DNA of 56,321 nucleotides from a virus (lineage: Duplodnaviria; Caudoviricetes), in the IMG/VR virus record IMGVR_UViG_3300035682_000045, positions 1-56,321 of that record; one strand, written 5' to 3'. Below are positions 17,951 through 28,700 of the stretch, piece by piece. The position numbers and the translations under genes are program-made. Positions within the stretch are counted from its first letter, which is position 1; every line of letters begins with the position of its first letter. The notes beneath the pieces are model-generated. The model searched no databases and was not told the DNA's origin. It worked only from the letters and a program-made list of their open reading frames with translations.

Positions 17951-18592
17951 ATGGCAGATTACAAGCGTGGGTCTAGCAATAAGATTATTGTTGGAGCAGC
18001 AGCACTTTTTGTCGCAGATTCAGTATTAACGCCAACAGGTGCAGCAGCTCCTGCAGCTTTTGTTAATGCAGATTCATACAGAACGACACTAACAAACGAC
18101 GCTAACTACACTAATGTTGGTTACACAATGAATGGTATTGAGATTCAATTCCAACCAGATTTTGGTGAAGTACAGGTTGACCAGGTTCTTGACGTTGCTA
18201 AGCTTTACAAGCAAGGAATGCAAGTTAATCTTGCAACAGCATTTGCTGAGGCTACACTAGAAAATCTTCTTTTGGCTTTAGCATATAAGGACACAAAGCT
18301 TACTACAGCACTTAATGGAGACAAGACATTAGACTTGTCAGCAGGAGATATCGGTGAATGCCCAGTTGAGCGAGGACTCGTTGCAATTGGACCAGGAACT
18401 GGTGACTGTGAAGACTCTGATGTTGTAGAGCGTGTTTACATAGCATACCGTGCACTTTCAATTGAAAATGTAACAGTATCTGCAAAGCGTGACGAAGCTT
18501 CAATGTTTGAGGTTTCATTCCGTTTGCTACCAGATGATACTTCTTCCTCATACGGTAAGATCGTTGACCGTACATGGGGCGACGCTTCATAA
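17951..18592 (+). CDS. Major tail (tube) protein
   Basis: IIVGAAALF, NVGYTMNG...VDQ and FAEATLENL; own promoter and terminator; precedes chaperones and tape measure. Confidence 0.8.
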   Translation: MADYKRGSSNKIIVGAAALFVADSVLTPTGAAAPAAFVNADSYRTTLTNDANYTNVGYTMNGIEIQFQPDFGEVQVDQVLDVAKLYKQGMQVNLATAFAEATLENLLLALAYKDTKLTTALNGDKTLDLSAGDIGECPVERGLVAIGPGTGDCEDSDVVERVYIAYRALSIENVTVSAKRDEASMFEVSFRLLPDDTSSSYGKIVDRTWGDAS

Positions 18593-18614
18593 TAACAACT
18601 TAATAATACGACTT

Positions 18615-18650
18615 AGCCCATCTCATAACGAGGTGGGCTTTGTTGTTTTT
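18615..18650 (+). terminator. Intrinsic terminator after the major tail gene
   Basis: AGCCCATCTC-ataac-GAGGTGGGCT followed by TTGTTGTTTTT. Confidence 0.8.
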
Positions 18651-18651
18651 G

Positions 18652-18660
18652 TGGTAAACT
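18652..18660 (+). promoter_or_regulatory. Non-consensus extended -10 promoter TGGTAAACT
   Basis: 9 nt before ATG 18670; no SD. Confidence 0.5.
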
Positions 18661-18669
18661 TAATAGACT

Positions 18670-19368
18670 ATGGCAACAACTATATATAAGACTAAAAATA
18701 TATTTTTATTTGATGGCACAGAGATAGAGACAATGCCTCTTAAGATTAAGTATCTTAGAGAGTTTATGGATGCATTTGATAAAATAAGATATACCAAAGA
18801 TGATGATGAAGCTATGCTAGTTTTGCTTGAATGCACACGAATTGCAATGAAGCAGTATTGTCCAATAATATCAAAAACAGTAGAAGATGTTGAAAATAAC
18901 ATAGATTTACCAACAATGCATGAAATACTAGAAATTGCTGGAAACATTAAGGTAGCCCCAGAGTCTGATGAAGATGTAAAAACTCAGGCACAAAAGGGAG
19001 ATGCTGGACCAACATGGGAAGAGTTTGATTTAGCAAAAATTGAATCAGAGGTATTCTTGCTGGGTATATGGAAAGACTATAATGAGCTAGAAGAGTCTTT
19101 GTCATTAGCAGAAATAATGGCAATACTATCAAGTAAAAGAGAACTAGATTATCAGGAAAAGAAGTTTTTTGCAGCAATACAGGGAGTAGATATAGAAGAT
19201 TCAAATGACTCTGATCGTGGTCAACAAGAATGGGAAAACCTTAAAGCAAGAGTATTTAGTGGTGGAGCAACAAGTGATAGCAAAGATATTTTAGCCCTTC
19301 AAGGACAAAATGCTAGAAGCGCAGGGTTTGGAATTGGCATGGGTCTTGATTATGAAGATCTTAGATAA
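18670..19368 (+). CDS. Tail assembly chaperone, long (GT-like) form
   Basis: Between major tail and tape measure genes. N-terminal ~95 aa are paralogous to the next gene, followed by a C-terminal WKDYNELEESLSLAEI domain. Confidence 0.7.
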   Translation: MATTIYKTKNIFLFDGTEIETMPLKIKYLREFMDAFDKIRYTKDDDEAMLVLLECTRIAMKQYCPIISKTVEDVENNIDLPTMHEILEIAGNIKVAPESDEDVKTQAQKGDAGPTWEEFDLAKIESEVFLLGIWKDYNELEESLSLAEIMAILSSKRELDYQEKKFFAAIQGVDIEDSNDSDRGQQEWENLKARVFSGGATSDSKDILALQGQNARSAGFGIGMGLDYEDLR

Positions 19369-19382
19369 AATAAACGTTATTA

Positions 19383-19391
19383 TGCTATAAT
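19383..19391 (+). promoter_or_regulatory. Consensus extended -10 promoter TGCTATAAT
   Basis: Intergenic; followed by SD GGGAGGG. Confidence 0.6.
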
Positions 19392-19418
19392 TGATACAAA
19401 CCTATGGGAGGGATCAAT

Positions 19419-19745
19419 ATGGCAACAACAGTGCACGAAGCACATGTGATTAAGCTACTTGATGGTACAGAAATTACTCTAAGACCGCTTAAGATTTCAC
19501 TTTTACGAAAGTTTATGAAAAAGTTTGAGGGTATCGCTGCAGTAGTAGATAACAATGAGAAATCAATTGACTTGCTAATGGAGTGCGTAGTAATTGCTAT
19601 GGAGCAATATGCTGCTGGACTATCAGTAGATCTTGCAAATTTAGAAGAAAACATTGACTTGCCTACTGTATATCAGATTGTTGAAGTAGCATCAGGAATT
19701 CCACTTTCTGAAGCAGCAGCAATTTTCAGTAGCGATGAAGAATAA
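19419..19745 (+). CDS. Tail assembly chaperone, short (G-like) form, 108 aa
   Basis: SD before ATG 19419; MATT...DGTEI...PLKI...IAM.QY...NIDLPT is shared with the previous gene. Confidence 0.7.
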   Translation: MATTVHEAHVIKLLDGTEITLRPLKISLLRKFMKKFEGIAAVVDNNEKSIDLLMECVVIAMEQYAAGLSVDLANLEENIDLPTVYQIVEVASGIPLSEAAAIFSSDEE

Positions 19746-19769
19746 CAACTAAATAAAGAGGTGTAGTGA

Positions 19770-22700
19770 ATGGCTGATGCTCAGTCCAATATTAAAGTAA
19801 GTATTGATACTACTGAAGCACTTGCTAGTATCAAAAACTTACAGAGACAGATATCAGCCTTTCATACCTCAATGGCAAAGAGTGGTGCTGCAGCAAATGC
19901 AGTTACTGCTCAGATGCAACAAAATTTAATTAATTCTGTTAATGCTACGGGCAAATTCTCTGCCCAGATGAAGACTATAAAAACCACAACAGAATCATTT
20001 ACAGACTCACTGCAAAAAAACAAATTCTCTATGGGAGAATATTTTAGATATGCGGGTGGTGCATCCAAGAGCTTTGGTAGGTTGTTCAAGACTGAGTTTG
20101 AGACAATTAATAAGGTTGCTAGAGAAAATGTAAAAGATCTTCAAACTCAGTATATTAAGATGGGTCGTGATGCCAACGGAGCAATGAAGGCAATTGCAGT
20201 TCGTCCTCTTGCACTTGACATGAACGACCTTGCAACTAAAACAATGATTGCCTCTGAAAAGCAGGCACTTTTAAATCAGCTACTTAAGCAAGGCTCAACA
20301 AATCTTCTTAACTTTGGTAAAAATACACAGTGGGCTGGTCGTCAGCTTATGGTTGGTTTTACAATTCCGTTAATTGCTTTAGGCTCTGCAGCATCAAAAA
20401 CATTTATGGACATGGAAACACAGGCCATAAGATTTAAAAAAGTTTATGGAGATTTGTTTACTCCAGCATCAGAAACACAAGCAGCACTAGAAGGAATTAC
20501 AGAACTTGGAAAGCAGTTCACAAAATATGGAATTGCTGTATCAACAACTGTAGGTTTAGCATCAGAAGCAGCAGCAGCAGGTTTTAAGGGTCTTGATCTT
20601 CAAAGACAAACATCTGCAGCAACAAAGCTTTCCATTCTTGGACAAGTAGATAGTCAAAAAGCTCTTGAAACAACAATTGCTTTGCAAAATGCTTTCTCTA
20701 TGTCTTCTGAAAATCTTGCAGAATCAATTGACTTTCTTAACGCAGTAGAAAACCAAACAGTTCTTTCTCTAGATGACGTTTCAACAGCTATTCCAAAAGC
20801 AGCTCCAATCGTTCAGCAGCTTGGCGGAGATGTTAAAGATTTAGCATTCTTCATGACTGCAATGAAGGAAGGTGGAATCAACGCATCAGAAGGTGCTAAC
20901 GCACTAAAGTCTGGTCTTGCATCATTGATTAATCCAACTGGAAAAGCAGCAGCAATGCTTGAAGGTTTTGGAATTAATGCAAAGAAGATTGTGGTAGACA
21001 ATAAGGGCGACCTTAAGAAAACTGTTATTGAGTTTGCAACAGCTCTCAATCAGCTTGACCCACTTAACCGTGCACAAGCTATTGAGCAAATGTTTGGTAA
21101 GTTCCAGTTCTCCCGTCTGTCTACTCTTTTTGCAAACGTAACAAAAGAAGGAACACAGGCCTCTCGTGTTCTTGACCTAGCTGGCGCATCTGTACAAGAT
21201 CTTGCTGCGCTATCTGAAAAAGAATTAGGCATGACCTCAGAGTCTGCAATGAATAAGTTTAAAGCTTCTGTTGAAAACCTTAAGCTATCCCTTGTTCCTG
21301 TTGGAGAAGAATTCTTAAAGGCAGTCACACCTATTGCTGAGTTTGTTACAAAGATTTTAGACAGATTCAATAATCTTGGAGATGGAACAAAAAAGATTAT
21401 TGTTACAATGACAGCAATAATTGCAGGCATTGGGCCAGTTCTACTAATGACATTTGGTTTGCTTGCTAATGGTCTTGCAAATATAATTAAGGGCTTTACA
21501 GCAATGAAGACGCTGTTCAATAAAACTGGACAGTCTTCAGCAACACTTGGTACAGAAGTTAAATATATGACTCTTGAACAAAGAAATGCTGCTGCTGTTG
21601 CTGCATCTCTTGATCAGGTTCATAGAAATCTTGCTCAAACATTTACATCTGAAGCTACAGCAGTTAATGCTCTTACAACAGCATATCAAAGATCTATTGC
21701 TGCTCAGGGACAGTTTATGCCAGTGGCAAGACCAATGGGGCGTGGACCACTTAAGAAGTTTGCAGATGGCAAGCCTTCAATAATTGGCGGTACAGGAAAC
21801 CAAGACTCAGAGTTAGCATTGCTACAACCAGGAGAAACAGTAATACCAACAAAGATGAGTAAGAAGTATGGCGCACTTATCAATGGCATGATTGCTGATA
21901 ATATTCCTGGATATAAAAAGGGACGTGGCATTAGCTTTGGCGGAAAGACCTATGACATACCAGTGTCTTCAAATGAGCAAGCTTTAAATGAATCGCTGGG
22001 AAGGTTTAGCAAAGACCTTGATGGTGTTACACGAGTACTAACAACTCTTGAACAAGAAGCAAAACTTGCTGGAGATAGCTTTAAGCATCTAAGCTCCGAT
22101 GCGCTTAAGGAAACATTAGATGCACAAGGTGTTCCAAGAAATAATCCAAGAGGAACATCTGCAACCCTGTATGATAATGAAAAATATGTTTTTGCTCATG
22201 CAAAGCCACAAAATGCAGAGATAACAGACCCTAAGCAAATACAAGCACTTGCTGGACAAACATCTTCAAAGTCTTTATCTAGAGATTTACGTGCTGCAGC
22301 AGCATCAGGTGGAAAGGTTCAGCAGTTAAGCAGCTTCGGCTTTATGATGCCAGAGTCTGCAAACAAGAGAACATCTGGTGGAAACTTTGAAATGGGAAGA
22401 GACCAAATGGCTTCTCTTTTCACAGGACCAAAAGCTGAAAGAACACTTGCTCCAATCTATCAATCTTGGGCAGAAAGTAATGGATTAAGCCTAAAGACTG
22501 TTCTTGCAGATCCAAAGCTAACAAAAGAAATGCATTCAAGTGTTGCTAGATTTGGTGGTTTAGTTGGAGATGAAATAAAACAACTTCCTAAAAACTTTGG
22601 GGAAAAAGATTTTTATAATGCAGTAGATAGAGCAGTACAAAGAATTGACAAGGCAGACGCTAAACTTACACGAGCAGTTGCTGATATGCAACAAACATCA

Positions 22701-25109
22701 ATGCTTGCTGTAGATAACAGCAAGTCTGGGAAAGTTCTTGAAAGAAGAACTGTTGGTAAAAAAGATAAAAACTTAAGAAGAGCTCTTGGAACACCAGCAA
22801 ACTTTACAAACTATAAAGATGTAGGAAACAGAAATATTCTTGTTATGGGAGATAGGGTTGCACAGGCAAGTGGAGCTAAAGATGCAGCTGCGTACAATCG
22901 TGGTGCAGCATCAGCATCAACACCTAATAATGATAAGTATGTTCAGAACCGTTCAAAACAAAGAAGTGCACACAACCTAGCACCAAAAGATGGCAGAGAT
23001 GATGCAGTTGCATATCAAACTGCTGTTGAAAAATCAATTGCAAGAAACCAAAGAAAACTTGCTAAGCGTGGACAATCCGCTCCAACTATAATTCCTTCAA
23101 GAATGTCAAGAGTAAAGGGTGCAGCAAGCAAGGTTGGTGGCAAGCTGGCAGGACGTGGAGCAGCAGTTGGTATGGCAGGAAACTCTGCAATGATAGCAGC
23201 CTCATTCCTTCCTGGCAAGATGGGTGAACTTGCTCAAAAGATTATGCCAGCAGTATTTGGATTCCAAGCACTATCAATGATACTAAAGATGCTTCCAGGA
23301 CCATTTAAGCTGGTTACACTTGGCATTGCTGCAACAGTGGGAATAATTAAGTTGCTCAATGCAGCTAAAGAACGTGAGCGTGTAGCTATTGAAGGCTTGG
23401 GCGATGCTGCAACGGTATCTGAAAAGAAACTTAAAACTCTTGGTGACTTTTTTGGAGTTGTACCAACTAAGATTGATTATCTATCTAGAGATAATACGGT
23501 AGCAACTACAGGAGCAACACCAGAAGAACAATCTGCAATTGATTCGCTACAGCAAAATAAGCAATTCCAAAAAGACTTTAAGAATGACATTGCATCTTTA
23601 AAGAAGGGCAATGACGCACAGGCTAAACTAGTATTTGACTCTATTGCTATTCAGTTGCGTGGCTCAGGTTTTGCTAAAGAGCAGATTGATTTAATAGTTA
23701 AGGCACTACAGGAAGAATCTGGTAAGACTAATATTAAGTTTGACTTTGCCAATATTGATCTTTCAACAGATCAAGGTATATTGAATTTTGATAAGAACTT
23801 TGGAGTTATCTTAAAAGATCTAGACTCTTTGCTTGTTCAATCATACGACAAGATGAAATCATTTGATTACCAAACTCAAAAGTGGGTTGGCGGTGTAGTT
23901 ACTAATATATCTGAAGAAGCAAAAATTAATCTTAAACTAGCTAGCGATGCAGCTGTTGGATTTATAAATGGCTTAACAGCACAGCTAAATAATGGAACCA
24001 TTTCTGCAGAGCAATTCTCTCAAGGATTTGCAAGAATAAATTCATCTATTGCTACAATGCCAAAGCCAGACCAGATTATTTTGTTAGATGAAATATTTAA
24101 GACATTGCCAGAAGCTTTACAAAAAGCAACATCTGGAATGACAGATACTGGCGTGAGAATGAAAATTCTTGAGGCACAATCATTGGGTCTAGCAGGAGCT
24201 GCACTTATTTTAGCAGACTCATTTAAAATACTAAATTCACCAGATGTTTTTGGACCAGAAAATGCAATAAGAAAATATAATGCATTAACTGCTTATAACA
24301 AGGCTTTAGATAAAATTGCTGCTGAATCAAAAAGAGTTGCTGCTGACTTAAAGAAAAGAATGGGCGGATCCGATGGAACTAAACCATATACAGATCCAGA
24401 TACAGGCACATCAGGCGGTAAGAATCTAACAGATGAAGAAAGATATCTTAAGATATTAGACAAGCAAATTGATGCTTTGAAGGCAAAGCAAGATGCTCAA
24501 AAAAAGATTAATGATGAAATTCAAAGAGAAGTAGATTTAATTAATGAACTAGATGACCTTGCTTCTAAGGCAACAACAGCAAAGCTAACTGGTAACTATA
24601 TTGAAGCAGCAATGTTTGGAAGACAGGCTATCCAGGCACAACAAGAGTTTGATAGACAGACACAACTAAATCTTCAAGAAGAGCCAATTGATAAGCTGAT
24701 GGCACGTAAAAAAGAGATTGAGGATGGCTCAAAGCTAACTAAGTCAGAGAAGTCACAACTGCCTAAAAAGGTTGTTAAAAAGGCCAATGGAGGCCTTATA
24801 AAGGGTCCTGGCACAGGTCGCTCAGATTCTATTAAAGCAACACTTGGTTATGCAGGTGGAGGATCAATTCGTGTTTCAAATGGAGAGTTTGTAGTAAAGG
24901 CTTCTTCTGTAGGCAACTACGGTATTGATAAGATGAATGCTGTAAATAATGGAACTGCAGACATAATCACAAACCCTGGCGGTACATCAAATACTAATGT
25001 AACTATGTATGTCACTGGATCAAACTCTGATGAGATAGCAAAGAAGGTTATGGTAGAATTAGATAGATTACAAAAGAAAAATAATAAAACGAATATGGTG
25101 GCAAAATAA
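19770..25109 (+). CDS. Tape measure protein (1779 aa)
   Basis: Helical Ala/Leu-rich sequence; GRQLMVGFTIPL, EGANALKSGL and two hydrophobic segments; C-terminal GGLIKGPGTGRSDSI...SNGEFVV motif. Confidence 0.92.
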   Translation: MADAQSNIKVSIDTTEALASIKNLQRQISAFHTSMAKSGAAANAVTAQMQQNLINSVNATGKFSAQMKTIKTTTESFTDSLQKNKFSMGEYFRYAGGASKSFGRLFKTEFETINKVARENVKDLQTQYIKMGRDANGAMKAIAVRPLALDMNDLATKTMIASEKQALLNQLLKQGSTNLLNFGKNTQWAGRQLMVGFTIPLIALGSAASKTFMDMETQAIRFKKVYGDLFTPASETQAALEGITELGKQFTKYGIAVSTTVGLASEAAAAGFKGLDLQRQTSAATKLSILGQVDSQKALETTIALQNAFSMSSENLAESIDFLNAVENQTVLSLDDVSTAIPKAAPIVQQLGGDVKDLAFFMTAMKEGGINASEGANALKSGLASLINPTGKAAAMLEGFGINAKKIVVDNKGDLKKTVIEFATALNQLDPLNRAQAIEQMFGKFQFSRLSTLFANVTKEGTQASRVLDLAGASVQDLAALSEKELGMTSESAMNKFKASVENLKLSLVPVGEEFLKAVTPIAEFVTKILDRFNNLGDGTKKIIVTMTAIIAGIGPVLLMTFGLLANGLANIIKGFTAMKTLFNKTGQSSATLGTEVKYMTLEQRNAAAVAASLDQVHRNLAQTFTSEATAVNALTTAYQRSIAAQGQFMPVARPMGRGPLKKFADGKPSIIGGTGNQDSELALLQPGETVIPTKMSKKYGALINGMIADNIPGYKKGRGISFGGKTYDIPVSSNEQALNESLGRFSKDLDGVTRVLTTLEQEAKLAGDSFKHLSSDALKETLDAQGVPRNNPRGTSATLYDNEKYVFAHAKPQNAEITDPKQIQALAGQTSSKSLSRDLRAAAASGGKVQQLSSFGFMMPESANKRTSGGNFEMGRDQMASLFTGPKAERTLAPIYQSWAESNGLSLKTVLADPKLTKEMHSSVARFGGLVGDEIKQLPKNFGEKDFYNAVDRAVQRIDKADAKLTRAVADMQQTSMLAVDNSKSGKVLERRTVGKKDKNLRRALGTPANFTNYKDVGNRNILVMGDRVAQASGAKDAAAYNRGAASASTPNNDKYVQNRSKQRSAHNLAPKDGRDDAVAYQTAVEKSIARNQRKLAKRGQSAPTIIPSRMSRVKGAASKVGGKLAGRGAAVGMAGNSAMIAASFLPGKMGELAQKIMPAVFGFQALSMILKMLPGPFKLVTLGIAATVGIIKLLNAAKERERVAIEGLGDAATVSEKKLKTLGDFFGVVPTKIDYLSRDNTVATTGATPEEQSAIDSLQQNKQFQKDFKNDIASLKKGNDAQAKLVFDSIAIQLRGSGFAKEQIDLIVKALQEESGKTNIKFDFANIDLSTDQGILNFDKNFGVILKDLDSLLVQSYDKMKSFDYQTQKWVGGVVTNISEEAKINLKLASDAAVGFINGLTAQLNNGTISAEQFSQGFARINSSIATMPKPDQIILLDEIFKTLPEALQKATSGMTDTGVRMKILEAQSLGLAGAALILADSFKILNSPDVFGPENAIRKYNALTAYNKALDKIAAESKRVAADLKKRMGGSDGTKPYTDPDTGTSGGKNLTDEERYLKILDKQIDALKAKQDAQKKINDEIQREVDLINELDDLASKATTAKLTGNYIEAAMFGRQAIQAQQEFDRQTQLNLQEEPIDKLMARKKEIEDGSKLTKSEKSQLPKKVVKKANGGLIKGPGTGRSDSIKATLGYAGGGSIRVSNGEFVVKASSVGNYGIDKMNAVNNGTADIITNPGGTSNTNVTMYVTGSNSDEIAKKVMVELDRLQKKNNKTNMVAK

Positions 25110-25741
25110 TGGCATTTCTTATTCAGTCTGGACTTCATGTGTCTTTAGATAATATTACATGGTATAAACTTACAGACCACAACAGAGATGCTATAAGTAT
25201 ATCACCAGAGCTTATTGAGCAACAAGCACGCATGGCAAATGGCAAAATGAGAAAATATGTTATTGGTCAAAAAAATACAATATCAACATCTTGGAAGTAC
25301 GTTCCAAGTGCAACGAACTTGGTCGTTGATGGTCAGTTACAAAGCGCAGATATTAATTTTGCAGCTGCTTGGCTTGAATCATTCTATAAAGCAAATGCAG
25401 GCATACCTATTTATCTTAAGATAATTAGCTCAGAATATCAATCAGAACCAGCAACTGGATCGGTTCCAAACGTGGGAGATGAGCCTGGTACAACAATTAG
25501 TAATTTTAAGACAGCTGCAGAGCTTACATTTAATAGTGGTTCATCAGGTCTTACTGGATCAACATATACCACATCAGATGAAACTACTGCAGTGGCTGAC
25601 CAAAAGGGCTCAACATTACGTAAGAACGCTACTGGATTTAAAGTGTACAATGTTTATATGACTGATTTTTCTAAAACCATTATTAATAGAACAAAAAACT
25701 CAGACTATGTTGATATGAGTATTGAGTTTACGGAGATATAA
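25109..25741 (+). CDS. Putative distal tail protein
   Basis: Directly after the tape measure gene; RMANGKMRKYVI and terminal SIEFTEI. Confidence 0.6.
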   Translation: MAFLIQSGLHVSLDNITWYKLTDHNRDAISISPELIEQQARMANGKMRKYVIGQKNTISTSWKYVPSATNLVVDGQLQSADINFAAAWLESFYKANAGIPIYLKIISSEYQSEPATGSVPNVGDEPGTTISNFKTAAELTFNSGSSGLTGSTYTTSDETTAVADQKGSTLRKNATGFKVYNVYMTDFSKTIINRTKNSDYVDMSIEFTEI

Positions 25742-28700
25742 TGCTCAGTGAAGTAAACTCATCAGTATTTGAAAATTCAGATTCAATCAAGTTAATTCCA
25801 GTAGTATCTGCGGAATGGAATCATAACCTATTTAATCCACCGTACATAACTACTGCTGGAACTGGAACCAAAATTTCTGGAACCGTTACATCTGGTACTA
25901 TCTATGATGCAGACAATGAAAAAGAAAACTTTACAACTAAAGCCCTTGAGTTAACCAATGGAAATGGCTCTGTATCATACACAGTGTCTGGACTATCTGG
26001 ATCAGCATACAAGGTTATAACATATGTTAAAACTAACAGCGCAACACCAATAATGGTTAATGCATTTGGAAAAGGATCAGCCTCTCAGTTTGGTTCTGAA
26101 CAGGTTGAAGCAAGTTCTTTAGGATGGACTAAGCTAGTCACATATGTAGGTGCCTCAAAAAATTCAGATACTTTTTCTTCTTTTGTTTATAAGATTGTTG
26201 CAAACTCTTTTTCTGAAACAGCATACGATGATGCAATTGACGCTGATAATGCAATAATTCTTATGTTTACAGTACCAGAAATATATGAAACTACATACTT
26301 TGATTATAAATATGGATCACTTTGGCCTACAGAAAGCCCATTTACATATTTTAGACCAGGAGAATCATACGTGGGTTCTGGAGATACCAACTGTTCTTTT
26401 GGTTCAAACTATAGAAGAATTGCTTCAAAAGTTTTAAATTCAGAAACATTGAGCGGTGGTTTTTATGGTAACAAGTATATGCCAGTTAGTCCAATTATTC
26501 AAAACCCATCTTTCTTTCTATCATCACCACCAGTTGCTGTTTTAAAGAATGCATTGCCAACAGACACATCTTCATACCAATACTTTGTATCTGATTACTC
26601 TTCAAAAAGCATATCTGCTGTTTATGAAAAAAATATTGTTACAAATAAGATTGTAATTAAGTGTAATACAATTATGACAACTCCAACATTTAGTATGTAT
26701 CTTGATGATTCAGCGCTACCATCTTTAACAGGCATAACTCCAAACTCATCTGGCGTGGTTGTCTTATACTACACTGGATCAGCATGGACACAAGACAAAT
26801 GGTTAGATATGCCAAAGTTTGATGCAAATGGTGTTCTTACTACAAAAACAACATTTAAGAAAATTAGACTTACCCAAACATCAAGAGTTGTTAATTCAGC
26901 ATTCTTATCTTACTCTGGAGACTCAGTTACCAATGATCTTAATAGAATGCAGATAGTTGAGATATCTCCAAGACTAGAGATTAACTTGTCGGATTTTGTT
27001 CAAAGCATAGATATTGATAAATCACTTGACGCAGATAATAGCTCGCTTCCAATTTCATCAATAAACTCTAATGATGCAAGAATGGTTTTATCTGGAATAC
27101 CAGTTGTAAAAAATGATGGTTCTTTTGTGCCAATATTTTCTAGTCAAAGCAATAGTGCAGCAACAATTCTTTCTAATATGATGAGAAAAAATGTTAAGTT
27201 CTATGTTAATTTTAATTTAGTAGACCATGCTGTTCTAGGCTCTGCACCAACCCTAAACGTAAATACATATATTCCAGGCGGTGTATTCTATTCAGACTCA
27301 TGGGAAGAAAACGATATAAGCGATGTGACAATCCAAAGCTTTGATATATCTAGATACCTTCAGTCAAAACCAGTTCCAGACTATGTTGCTAATTTAAAAA
27401 CGGTATTTGAAGTTATAACAAATATACTAGACCTTGCTGGATTTACTGACTATGACTATGATTCATTATATAAGATATGTAATAATAAAGCTAACCCGTT
27501 AGATATAGCATACTACTACTGTAACTCAAAAGACTCTACGGTTATTGATGCACTAAATCAAATATTTGTTGCTTATCAAATTGGTGCATACATTGATGAG
27601 TATGGAGTTATGAGATTTTTAAGTCTTCACAAGATGCTAACTGATACAGCTTCAGTTTTGACTATTGAAGACCAGGATATTGTAGAGGGTGGTATATCAG
27701 TATCTAATTTACAAAAACCAGGAAAAATATCTTTAAGATATCAAACACCAAAGGTAAAGCAATCACCAGCATTGCAAAATGTAGAAAATCTTGATATCAA
27801 GAATTCTCCCTCAGCTATTTATACAACATCAAATGACGTGGTTTGGGAGCAACAAACTACTGATTCAGTTGGATTTAATTACCTGTACTCAGATATGTCA
27901 GAAGAGTCAAATACAATGACAATAAATAATAATGACTTATTAGATATATTCCATACCTTTAACCTGGACAATAGTGGATATGCTGCAATTGAAAATGAAA
28001 TAGTTTCTTTTGAGTATAAGCAATACACAATTTCAGCTGTAAATGGATCTAACCCAGTAAATGTTTCTGTTAAGAATAATCTTGAGCTGTCTTCTGAAGT
28101 AAACAAGTATATCAAAGAATATACAGTTGGGTTAAAAACTTCTGATGGAACATCTAAGCAAGGATATGATATTAAGATTGTTCCAACAGGTAAAATAACT
28201 AATGTGCAGCGTGGTATGTTTGGAACAGTTCCAACAGCACACAACAGAGTAACAACTTTAGCAAGCAAGGGTTTAACAGAGAAAACAATTAACTCTTCTT
28301 TTAATTTTTCATCAACAACTGGAAATATTTTTATAACAAACAACAAAGACTCAGACCCAACACTACCTTTGCCAGATGTAACAAAAATTGGTATAGGTGT
28401 TTCTGGAACAAACAAGATAGCTATATGTCCAGCGGTAGAAACAGATAACGAGTATAAAACATACTCTGTTAAGTTTGACTTGCCAGATCAGTATGTCGTG
28501 GCAGCAGGAATGTTCCTTAATCAAACTTCTAGTGGATCTTCAACACCTCTATTTATAGAGTTAATTAGATATAGTACAATAAATCCACAGACTGGCGGTT
28601 TTTATGACGTACCAAAGTATAAGTATATTCTTGCAGTATATGACTCGTCATCAACTGTCTATGCATGGGCAGATGTAACTGGCCAATGTAATAATATATT

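Noticed and set aside
19231-19240. GGGAAAA in the long chaperone gene as a slippery site
   Set aside because: Wrong phase (TGG GAA AAC) and located late in the T-like domain rather than at the G/T junction.
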